In this document: positions 26,625-35,100 of the stretch, piece by piece
Position numbering within the stretch: position 1 is the stretch's first letter
How the letters are laid out: each line of letters starts with the position of its first letter
NCBI GenBank assembly: GCA_964637985.1
Contig: CAZWXR010000001.1
Coordinates: 1-62,499 of the forward strand
Reading direction: 5' to 3'
Length of the DNA stretch: 62,499 bases
From: an uncultured Candidatus Poseidoniales archaeon
GTDB lineage: Archaea; Thermoplasmatota; Poseidoniia; Poseidoniales; Poseidoniaceae
Notes under the pieces: generated by a model
Seen by the model: only the letters and a program-made list of their open reading frames with translations
Databases searched by the model: none
Told to the model about the DNA's origin: nothing
Position numbers and translations under genes: made by a program

Positions 26625-27581
26625 CTACAAATCAAGACCGCAAGATTGACAAAATCGTTCACTCGATTGGTTCGAAGTACCACATCCGCGACAGTTGAGT
26701 CCCCCAATTGCCACGGGTTGTTGTTGCGATTGAGGTACTGAATTCATCATTGCCATGGATTCAATACTTTGGCTTTGAGTGACTTGTTGCTGATCCAAAT
26801 TTGCTAGTGGACTCTCGAGCAATTCCCCACTCGAAGATAAACTATCATCGATGCCACCTGTGTCACTGAAACTTGTTATTCGAATCGCTTCATCGTCTGG
26901 TTCTTGGAGTGACTTCAGAGGAGCCACAGGTCGTTGAGCTATGACTGGTTTTGATGATGCCTGAGCATGTAAGGCTGCACTTTTCTTTTGCTGTCGTTCT
27001 TGTTTTGAATCACGCCCAAACCATGAACCAACGAGGTCAAGAAATCGATCCATAGGCGAAGGTTGCCGCACTGCACCAATCGTCCCTATTTGCTGAGAAG
27101 AAGGATTTTGAGATGCTGAGGAGCCAAATCCAGTTGCTTGTCGGACAGTTCTTGATTCTGTTAGCATCGAAACTTCAACTATTTCCTCGCTATCCAATTC
27201 AATTTCTTGTGGCTCACTTGTTAACGACCCCACTTGACCCGCATATGATGTTGGTGTCGATAGTGTTTCATTTAGCGAAACCTCTCTATCCCACACGCCT
27301 TCTTCTTCCGCTTTATACACTTCTTTGATTTTCTTCATGGCTTTCGACCGATGATATTCATGATCTTTCACAACATTCAATTTTCGTCGAAGGACAAGAA
27401 AAATCACCAGACAAATTGAGTAATATAGAGCCAAACCTATCCAAGAATACTCAATCGTCGCTTTGAGAGGTGGCACACTCAAGTGAAACGAAATGAAGAT
27501 GATGAATGGTGACACACTGAGCAGAAGATTCGTCACGCCCTTTGCCATAACCCCACCCTTGTCATACCAACCATCAATCAT
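26625..27581 (-). CDS. membrane protein with two N-terminal TM helices, a disordered S/Q-rich region and a C-terminal zinc ribbon
   Basis: TM helices LLLSVSPFIIFISFHL and WIGLALYYSICLVIFLVL. Ends LNCRGCGTSNQSSERFCQSCGLDL. Confidence 0.6.
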   Translation of the reverse strand: MIDGWYDKGGVMAKGVTNLLLSVSPFIIFISFHLSVPPLKATIEYSWIGLALYYSICLVIFLVLRRKLNVVKDHEYHRSKAMKKIKEVYKAEEEGVWDREVSLNETLSTPTSYAGQVGSLTSEPQEIELDSEEIVEVSMLTESRTVRQATGFGSSASQNPSSQQIGTIGAVRQPSPMDRFLDLVGSWFGRDSKQERQQKKSAALHAQASSKPVIAQRPVAPLKSLQEPDDEAIRITSFSDTGGIDDSLSSSGELLESPLANLDQQQVTQSQSIESMAMMNSVPQSQQQPVAIGGLNCRGCGTSNQSSERFCQSCGLDL

Positions 27582-27610
27582 TTTAATTGAAAGTATGCTT
27601 TTCTTGTTTA

Positions 27611-28681
27611 TCAGCGGTCACGTGCAAACGACCCTTTTCGAATCAAACCATCAATGAGTCCGATAGTAAAACTCGTATGCAGAAGCACAAGGCAAAGTGG
27701 GCAGCCAAGAAACACTGAGAGTGAACGGAAGCGTATTGATTGAGATAGACCTTCGATAATTAAAACGCTAAAATAGGACACTATTGGTAGCATTGAATAG
27801 TTATTATTTGTTAGAAAAAGTGCAATCGTGAGGAAGAGCCCTATGAGTGGTAAAAACTCAGCAAACCTGGCACGAGAGGGGTATTTTTGAATCAATTTTG
27901 TTCTCCAAAAACCGTACCTGTGACCCATTCTCCACCATTGCGATAGCGTCGACCTCTTCTTCATTTGAATCATAGTCATGGGTGACCTCGCCAAAATATA
28001 ACCTGCATTGAGAATTCGCATTGAGAATTCACTATCTTGGCTCGTGATGAATCGGGTATCCCAACCACCCAATTCTTCGATACACGCCCTTCTGTGTAAA
28101 ACGAAAGCGGGGGTCTTTGTTGTCTCAAGTTTGTCAAATTTCGCAAATTGACCATCGCTATGACCAAGCCAAGAATTGATAGCAGATTCAATCCATACTT
28201 CTCTTCGATTTGAAGGAGACGAATCAGGCAAAACTTTGGCCCCTAGACCAGCAAGTTTCTCCCCAAATATTTCTTCAGCATCTTTCCATGCTTTCAGTCG
28301 TAATTCAAGGTAATCTTCTTTCACAAATGCATGACCAATATGCTCCAGAACAAATCGAACAGAGTCTGGCAATGCACCCATTGCTATGTTCCTTGCATGA
28401 GGGACTGAACGTTTTGGATTATGGAGTAAAATTATTTCGGGCATGTTATCGGTGTGTTGCGTCATGAATTTTCGAAGAATTTCAAGTGTTCTGTCCGTCG
28501 ACCCGCCATCGACAACGATGATCGAGTATTGTTTTGAGTCAACGGTTTGATTGGATAATGCTGCCAAACATCGTTCAATATGTTCTTCCTCATTGTAAAC
28601 GGGGACGACCACAGCGAGTTCGGGTTGTGTTCCATTCACATGGCGGGTTCTGTTGAAATGCTTTTGATTCTTATGTTTCAT
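27611..28681 (-). CDS. family 2 glycosyltransferase with C-terminal membrane helices
   Basis: VVVPVYNEEEHIERCLAALSNQT and IIVVDGGSTDRT (GT-A fold, DxD-like region). Hydrophobic C-terminus LPLIGLFLTIALFL... Confidence 0.85.
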   Translation of the reverse strand: MKHKNQKHFNRTRHVNGTQPELAVVVPVYNEEEHIERCLAALSNQTVDSKQYSIIVVDGGSTDRTLEILRKFMTQHTDNMPEIILLHNPKRSVPHARNIAMGALPDSVRFVLEHIGHAFVKEDYLELRLKAWKDAEEIFGEKLAGLGAKVLPDSSPSNRREVWIESAINSWLGHSDGQFAKFDKLETTKTPAFVLHRRACIEELGGWDTRFITSQDSEFSMRILNAGYILARSPMTMIQMKKRSTLSQWWRMGHRYGFWRTKLIQKYPSRARFAEFLPLIGLFLTIALFLTNNNYSMLPIVSYFSVLIIEGLSQSIRFRSLSVFLGCPLCLVLLHTSFTIGLIDGLIRKGSFARDR

Positions 28682-28717
28682 TCATTCCAACGCAACAGTT
28701 TCTTGAGGCGTTTCGGT

Positions 28718-29263
28718 ATGGCTACGATGATGTCAAGTCCTCGAATCGCTCTTACAGGCATCAACGAAGGCATAGAAGTTCATGTGAAAACCACAACGAA
28801 AGGTGCTGAATCACCGTTAAAAATTCAAGAAGCAATAAAATACATTTTTCCTGATGCGAAAAATCTTGAAATCGGAGAACCAACCTTCGGAGAAAAAAAC
28901 AATAACACACTTGAATGGGAGGGCGTGTCAATGGAAACATTCCTCAAAAAGATTCACGAACAGCGAATACTCGATACCGCTTTGGACATGATGGTTCGAG
29001 AAATTGACGGTAACTCGACAACATTTGAGATCTCACGTCAATCTGCATCCGTTGGTAAAATTTCGTTTCCAATACCAAACGAATATCCTTTTGGAGGTGT
29101 TATTGAAATCTCCTTATCTGGCGACCACCTCATCGACTGGATTCAATCAGCAACATGGCATTCTGGCAGAGAACGATTTCCAAGATTCGCTGGTGACGAC
29201 TTCGAAATGTACAATGATGGGGAATCAAAAGTTTGGCATGATTCTCGCGAGGTATCTCGCTAA
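28718..29263 (+). CDS. UPF0201/COG1931-like predicted RNA-binding protein
   Basis: IEVHVKTTTKGAESPLKIQEAIKYIFPDA resembles the N-terminal signature of archaeal UPF0201 proteins (v.a.v.PTED.eKV..ai.niFP). The ATG at 28718 avoids the 100-nt overlap with the GT2 gene implied by the track start at 28580. Confidence 0.55.
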   Translation: MATMMSSPRIALTGINEGIEVHVKTTTKGAESPLKIQEAIKYIFPDAKNLEIGEPTFGEKNNNTLEWEGVSMETFLKKIHEQRILDTALDMMVREIDGNSTTFEISRQSASVGKISFPIPNEYPFGGVIEISLSGDHLIDWIQSATWHSGRERFPRFAGDDFEMYNDGESKVWHDSREVSR

Positions 29264-30196
29264 ATCTATGTCATGTGGCATCCAATTTATTTGGTGCAGC
29301 TCATCGATTGGAATCCATTGATATTCTGCATGCTCAAATAATTCGATTCTCTCTATTGCTTCATGCGTCGCTGTCGCAGATGTCAAAAAAAGAGCATACC
29401 AACGTTCTTTAATTTTATAGTCCCACCGACCAAGTGTCTTCAATGGGACGACATCAAGATTCAATTCTTCTAAACATTCCCTTTGCAAGGCATGTTGAAC
29501 AGATTCACCAGTCTCTAACTTTCCTCCAGGAAATTCCCACCCAGATACAGTATCCTCCGTTCGAAAAGCTGCAAAAATTTCATTCCCTTCAGACTTCAAA
29601 GCGAGCGCAGCGACATAGATGGGCTCAACTTTTAGTGATTTTACAATTGAACTCAAAATTTGAATGGTCGTATCGGTTAACTCATCGATTGGGATGGTAT
29701 CTTCTGAGGGTAAGTGCACGAAGACACAATTTTTCCGATGGGTATTTTGTTCGAGAGCCAACAATGTATACCTGTAGGTTTCGTTACAGACAAACGAACC
29801 TGCATCAATAGATTCTTCTACATTCTTTACTTGTTCAAATACACGATTGAACGGAATTTCTGAATACACTGGACCATAATCATCGATGGAACAAGAACGA
29901 ATTTGTCGCCCTTCGTTATCTGGTATCCGCATGTCAATCCAATTTATTGCACGTGTTTCAATGCGCACTTGGGTACATGATTCGCACAATCCCAAATGAA
30001 TGATGAGGTCAAATTTCACACCTGATTCAATCTTTTGTTTTGCATATTTTGCTCCGCTCTCTGAAACTGGTAATATTTTAAATTCAAAATTTACATCTAA
30101 ATTGAATGTATGTTTCATTAACTTCTGTACAACGAGCATGCTTGAATTAGTTATTGAATTTCCGAAGGGCTCAAAACCAGTCACAAGTATTCGCAT
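29225..30196 (-). CDS. fusion protein: pyroglutamyl-peptidase I (C15) N-domain + NUDIX (MutT-like) C-domain
   Basis: MRILVTGFEPFG start. The C15 triad context is conserved (VRIETRAIN Glu, GSFVCNETYRY Cys, VFVHLP His). NUDIX box GGKLETGESVQHALQRECLEELNL. ATG at 30196 chosen over the track start at 30265. Confidence 0.8.
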   Translation of the reverse strand: MRILVTGFEPFGNSITNSSMLVVQKLMKHTFNLDVNFEFKILPVSESGAKYAKQKIESGVKFDLIIHLGLCESCTQVRIETRAINWIDMRIPDNEGRQIRSCSIDDYGPVYSEIPFNRVFEQVKNVEESIDAGSFVCNETYRYTLLALEQNTHRKNCVFVHLPSEDTIPIDELTDTTIQILSSIVKSLKVEPIYVAALALKSEGNEIFAAFRTEDTVSGWEFPGGKLETGESVQHALQRECLEELNLDVVPLKTLGRWDYKIKERWYALFLTSATATHEAIERIELFEHAEYQWIPIDELHQINWMPHDIDLARYLARIMPNF

Positions 30197-30291
30197 GGGT
30201 TCCACGAGTGAAGTGATGAAAACAAGAATTTGATTTCTTCGGTAGAAATTCATCGGCACATTCACAAAGAAGATATGTTGAACAAAAAAAC

Positions 30292-30636
30292 ATGAGCGAC
30301 CAAGACGATGAGCAAGAATTGGTTGTTCAATTTCCTACAAAGGAAAAAAAACCTCTCATCCATAGAATGGTTTCGACGATCAAAACCATTTTCCATGAAA
30401 TCACATTTGGCGTAGGGACTTGGGGTGCCATGAGACCAATGTTTACTGCCCTGTTGGCCGGCGTGCCATTCCTTTTCCTCGGACAACACTTCAACAAAGA
30501 GCACGGCAAGGCAAGGGATTGGACTCTTTTGCAAATTCCGCTTGCACTCACCGTAGTCCTTTGGGTTGGACTTTGGCTTTTCTCCATATTTGATGCATGG
30601 AAAACGGCGACAGGTGTTGTTGCGAATTCAAATTAA
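30292..30636 (+). CDS. small membrane protein (114 aa, two TM helices)
   Basis: Acidic N-terminus followed by MFTALLAGVPFLFLG and IPLALTVVLWVGLWLFSIF. Preferred over the overlapping minus-strand ORFs, which lack any features. Confidence 0.5.
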   Translation: MSDQDDEQELVVQFPTKEKKPLIHRMVSTIKTIFHEITFGVGTWGAMRPMFTALLAGVPFLFLGQHFNKEHGKARDWTLLQIPLALTVVLWVGLWLFSIFDAWKTATGVVANSN

Positions 30637-31427
30637 GGCTGCCATAGTTGGTCGGTTGGTTTGATTTTCTCATTCTTCATATCGCTCAGGTCTGCAAGGT
30701 CATCCGAATCAAATTCGTTGGGCAAATCACCAGTAATGAAATTCATGAGTGAGGTCGATTCGATAGCCCAATACATGACTGAATCTTCGTTGTTTGAATG
30801 ACCTGGATGGCTTGAATCTTCATGAGGTCTTGGGGATTGGTAAACGAGATTGACCAAACCTAGAAGATGACCAACCTCGTGCACAACAACGCTGTTCTCA
30901 ACATCCTCAGCGGAAGGTCTTCCAAAGAAACCCTCTGCTTCCTCGATGCTGTCTTTGAAAATGGCGATTGTTGAACCATCCACAGCTACACCTAAAACAG
31001 AATCATCGACATATGACCCTGATGGGAAAATCAGTTGCCAGTACAATGTTGAAGTGCTATGTGGGTGTTCTTCTTTCAATTTCCAGCCCTGTTCCCTTAC
31101 ATCGTCTGCACTCCAAGAATCGATTGAGAATGTTGACTCGATATAATTGAATGTGATGCCTGATGGCTTATCACAAACCTCCATAATTCTGTCTTCAAGC
31201 ATGGTTATACTCGATGTCTCCGGCCGATAACCTGATTCGAATACAATCTCAAATTCGAGACTTTTATGCTGATCGGCACGTAAGCAGGCCATCGTTAAAG
31301 AACCTGGAACTCCATGATTTTCTATGTTAAGAACCTCTTTGATTGAATCCGACAGACAACCTGATGTATTCATTGAGACGATGAAGAGAGACATCAAAAC
31401 AGCGGTTGATAGCCTCTTCATAGACAA
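30633..31427 (-). CDS. secreted/lipoprotein-like HEXXH zinc metalloprotease (metzincin-like)
   Basis: Signal peptide ending in a possible lipobox (IVSMNTSGC). VVHEVGHLLGL zinc-binding motif with downstream His residues and a candidate Met-turn (DSVMY). Confidence 0.7.
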   Translation of the reverse strand: MSMKRLSTAVLMSLFIVSMNTSGCLSDSIKEVLNIENHGVPGSLTMACLRADQHKSLEFEIVFESGYRPETSSITMLEDRIMEVCDKPSGITFNYIESTFSIDSWSADDVREQGWKLKEEHPHSTSTLYWQLIFPSGSYVDDSVLGVAVDGSTIAIFKDSIEEAEGFFGRPSAEDVENSVVVHEVGHLLGLVNLVYQSPRPHEDSSHPGHSNNEDSVMYWAIESTSLMNFITGDLPNEFDSDDLADLSDMKNEKIKPTDQLWQP

Positions 31428-31457
31428 CGGTGCATACTGGTCTTAGAAAAATCTTCG

Positions 31458-31904
31458 TTACCAATCATCGGGAATCTCCAAGGGTGAAAACAATTGGCCT
31501 GGACTTTGTACATTCGATAACTGCGTACGAATAACTTGTTCCCATTGCCGAAGCATCAATAGAGCACGGTCCAGTTCAATATTGATTTCAACAAGTGTTA
31601 CACGAATCAGCGTGTCGAGAATATCCATTCGTTGGGCGTCGGACATCTCCAATAACTTGTCGAGAGAAAATTGCTGAGGATTGTTGGTGGAGACTTCGCC
31701 AATTTCCCAAGGCTCTGTCAATTCATTTGGAAGTTGTTGATTGGATGATGAAGCGTATTCTTGAAGTGAAGAAAGCAATTGTTTAATGTGCTTTTGAAAA
31801 ACGAGAGAGACCTCAAATAACGGCATCTTGAGTTGTTGGAGGAGGTTAACAACCCGTTCTTGAAAAACCACCATTCCATCAATAGTGGACGTGTCATTGG
31901 TCAA
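31458..31904 (-). CDS. hypothetical helical cytoplasmic protein (148 aa)
   Basis: Starts 12 nt after the stop of the 1788-aa gene on the same strand. No TM or signal sequence. Ends LEIPDDW. Confidence 0.5.
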   Translation of the reverse strand: MTNDTSTIDGMVVFQERVVNLLQQLKMPLFEVSLVFQKHIKQLLSSLQEYASSSNQQLPNELTEPWEIGEVSTNNPQQFSLDKLLEMSDAQRMDILDTLIRVTLVEINIELDRALLMLRQWEQVIRTQLSNVQSPGQLFSPLEIPDDW

Positions 31905-31916
31905 AGGATGACCTCA

Positions 31917-32180
31917 CTACTTTTTCGAATTGAGGTATTGCCAACCATATGCATTCCATTGCTCCATTGTCCACCCTTCAGGAAGACCTGTTGGTGGAAC
32001 AGGTGGTGCAGCAGGCATCGGTGCAGGTACTACAGGAGCGGTTTGTGGAGGAGGAATGGTAGGAGGTTGTGGTGCATTCTCGATTTCTGGGACGATCTTG
32101 TCGTTGTCTTCCATCGCATCAACAACATCAGCTGTTTGGTCAGATTCATCTTCGAAGGATTCGGCAATGAGTCTTCGACG
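31917..32180 (-). other. predicted cytoplasmic tail module: acidic linker + polyproline + terminal LPEGWTMEQWNAYGWQYL motif
   Basis: ESFEDESDQTADVVDAMEDND, then PQPPTIPPPQTAPVVPAPMPAAPPVPPTG, then LPEGWTMEQWNAYGWQYLNSKK followed by the stop. The DNA at 31956-31999 is 38/44 identical to 1359-1402 by manual alignment. Confidence 0.7.
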
Positions 32181-35100
32181 CATCACCATTGACCACACGC
32201 CAAATGAAATCGACCCCAATGCAATAATGAAGAGAACGATGCTAAATGTCCCTTCTGATGCTTGTTGTGAGAGTGCATCCCCATCACGAATTGTTTGTTC
32301 TTTGACAATGAGTGGGTCAACGGTTACTCGATCCATCTCGACACCATCGACAAGAACGAGAACACGATACTGGATGCTTTCACCAGCAGCAACATCAGCA
32401 ATATCGGATAACGTTGCGATGAAATCTTGATTGGTTGTCACATCGAGAGAAATCACATCGGTTTCAGACCAAAAGCCACCTTCAATCAGGCGTTGTAATG
32501 AAAATTCTATTTGCCCTGAACCTCCAAGATTCGTTCCCTTGACAATCATACTCGATAATTGGCCTTGAGTCGGGCTTGGATTCGACCATTTTAGTGATGT
32601 ACTTTCGGCTTGAAGGTCGACCTTTGGTCCTATTAGAGCCAACGGCCATGACGCAAATGGTTCAATCATCGAATTACCACTTGTATCGAATGGATTTCCT
32701 GCTTCGTCCGACCCCGATATCCAAACATCAACCATGTATGATTGAAGTAATGTGGTCGCACCAGCGTCCGTCAAATCAAGATATCCTGTCCAAAAGAATT
32801 GGTCACCGAACGGTGTGATTTCAGGTAATAGAACGCTACCTCTCGAAATCTCTGCTTCCCCTGCTTTTACTCTATAATGAAGTACTGCAGGTTTATCAAA
32901 GTCAAATCCATTATCATCCCTCGTCTCAAGTTGAACAAGCAAATTGTCTGCATTTCCGATGGAGAGTGGCATATTCGGGTCAACACCGCCAAGTGAGATA
33001 CTGCCAATCGTCGGTCTGTCACTGTCGACTGCTAGGCGAACTCTTGGAACAAATGGTGATTGGTCTTCTGCTAAACCAGGTAAGTCGTCCAACTTCAATC
33101 GTAGGTCGAGGTGCCCTGAACGCACAGACGGTACGAGCAAATCAAGAGAAAACTCCCCATCTAATCTTGTCGAGGTTTCCCAAAGGAATTCAAAGTCTCC
33201 AAATGTAACATCAAAGGCACCTGCTGGAGCAGGAGTTTCATCTTCCGAGAACAGAACTCGACCTGAAACTCGTAGTGCTTGCCCTGCACCAATGATGGTC
33301 TCAAAGTTCTCGTCATTGTAGTGATTCAAACCATTTCGAAGTTCAACTGCACGGATGTGGCCGCTTTCTGTATCGAATCTGAAGTCATTATCAAGGCTCC
33401 ACCAATCTTCACCCAATCCGTATTCAAGTTCGTAACATGGTGTATCTTCACCTACATTGCATGGTCTGTCTGTAATGAGTATTTTTGGAATGAAGTGTGA
33501 TTCACCGTTTGTGTCAAATATTTCGGGGAAGGTCCATGTCAATTGGAATCTTGCTTGAATCAAAATTTTACTCTCGTTTACGGGGTCAATTTCGACTGTT
33601 GAGTAAATGTTTGATACTGCAATATGGGTTGAACCGGACGCCATAACCGCTCGTGGTTGACCGTTTTCATCTTCTTCCATGCTGATGAAAATTGAAGATT
33701 CGTCATCTTCCAAATCCCCACTTAGAGAGAGTTGAATGTATTGAATATCTCTCCAAGTATTGCGATCACTCACAACGAGTTGTGCTGTGTAAAGGATGCC
33801 GGGATGGAGAGGCTGGTAATCATCATGTCCTACGATTGTTGAATTGCCAATATCAACACTAGGTTGGAACTCTTGACGAATCACATATGTTACGAGATCT
33901 GCATCCCAGTCTGGAACCGTCTCACCAGGCCTATATCCACATGATACACTACTCTGCGGACATACAGGGCCACCACCCATTGCCACCTGATTGTTTTGAC
34001 CATCTTTTCCAGAGACATAGAAGGAAACCTTCTGTCCATGCAACAACATTGAATCATCAAGCATGCCCTCAAAAATATTCAAACCGCCCACTTGCGTATC
34101 TGGTGAACCTATACTCATAAGTTCATATTCGTCTGCATTTGGCAAGCCATCAAAGTTGTAGTCAGTGCATCCGATTGCATCGCTTGCCCTACAACCAATC
34201 CAATAGTGGAGGGATATCGTATTTGGTGGGTCAACGGAGTCTTGAATCGTAATTGATATGGGTTTGCCACCACCTGTTGCTGCTGCGTGTTGCTCTGAAC
34301 GATCTATAGGAGTAGCTTGGATGACAAGAGGCGAATTTCCATCGAGAACGAGACGTATTGAATTATAGGAGGGATTAGAAAAAGTCGAACCATTGACGAG
34401 GTCAACCGCTTGAACATAGAATACCATTCCACCGGGGTGAGATTCTGTTGGTGATGTAAAAGTGAAATTATATTCACCAAAGGCAGGATTAACCTCTTCG
34501 AGGAGGACCACAGGTTCCCCAACGGGGTCGCCATCATACGTCACGTTTTGACCAATAATGCGAATAGAAAAGGACCCTGCTTCCGGCATAAGTTGAGAAC
34601 TTTCAAAGTAAATACCTCCGACAAAAGTCAAGTTGTATCCTCCACGCACCCAATCAAAAGAGTACAATTCTCGGCCTGTTTCCTCAAAGACTCGTAATCC
34701 ATCAAGTTGGATGTCGTTCTCAATCACAAGGTCCATATCGGAGGTTTGCCATCCATTCACCGCAATACCTAGACTATCTTCGACTGTAACAACTGCTTCG
34801 GCATCAGACTCATCGTTCCAACTCCAGTTGACTTTCGTTGGTATGCGAATCACTAATTCACCTTTCGAATTGATAGAAGAAGTACAATTTGTTGTATCAA
34901 ATTGGATAATACCTCCGGCATTCGATATTGTGCTGCACGAATTACCCAATTGCCACATGAATGAAGGTGTTGGTCCATGTGAGTTAAGAATGCCAATTGT
35001 TGCTTTCGTGACCCTATCAACATCATCCCCGTGAGCTACTGTTGCGATTAAATTTCGATAGATGCCATCGGGTGCTGTAAGACCCCCTTCGAATTCAACG

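Noticed and set aside
28580-28717. N-terminal extension of the UPF0201-like ORF as given in the track
   Set aside because: The extension would overlap the divergent GT2 gene by about 100 nt. The conserved part of the protein begins after the ATG at 28718.
31930-32430. 166-aa plus-strand ORF rich in Gly/Ala/Thr (…GGTGGAAGIGAGTTGAVCGGGMVGG…)
   Set aside because: It is the antisense mirror of the Pro-rich tail of the 1788-aa gene, since CCN codons read as NGG on the opposite strand. It lies entirely inside a strongly supported long ORF.
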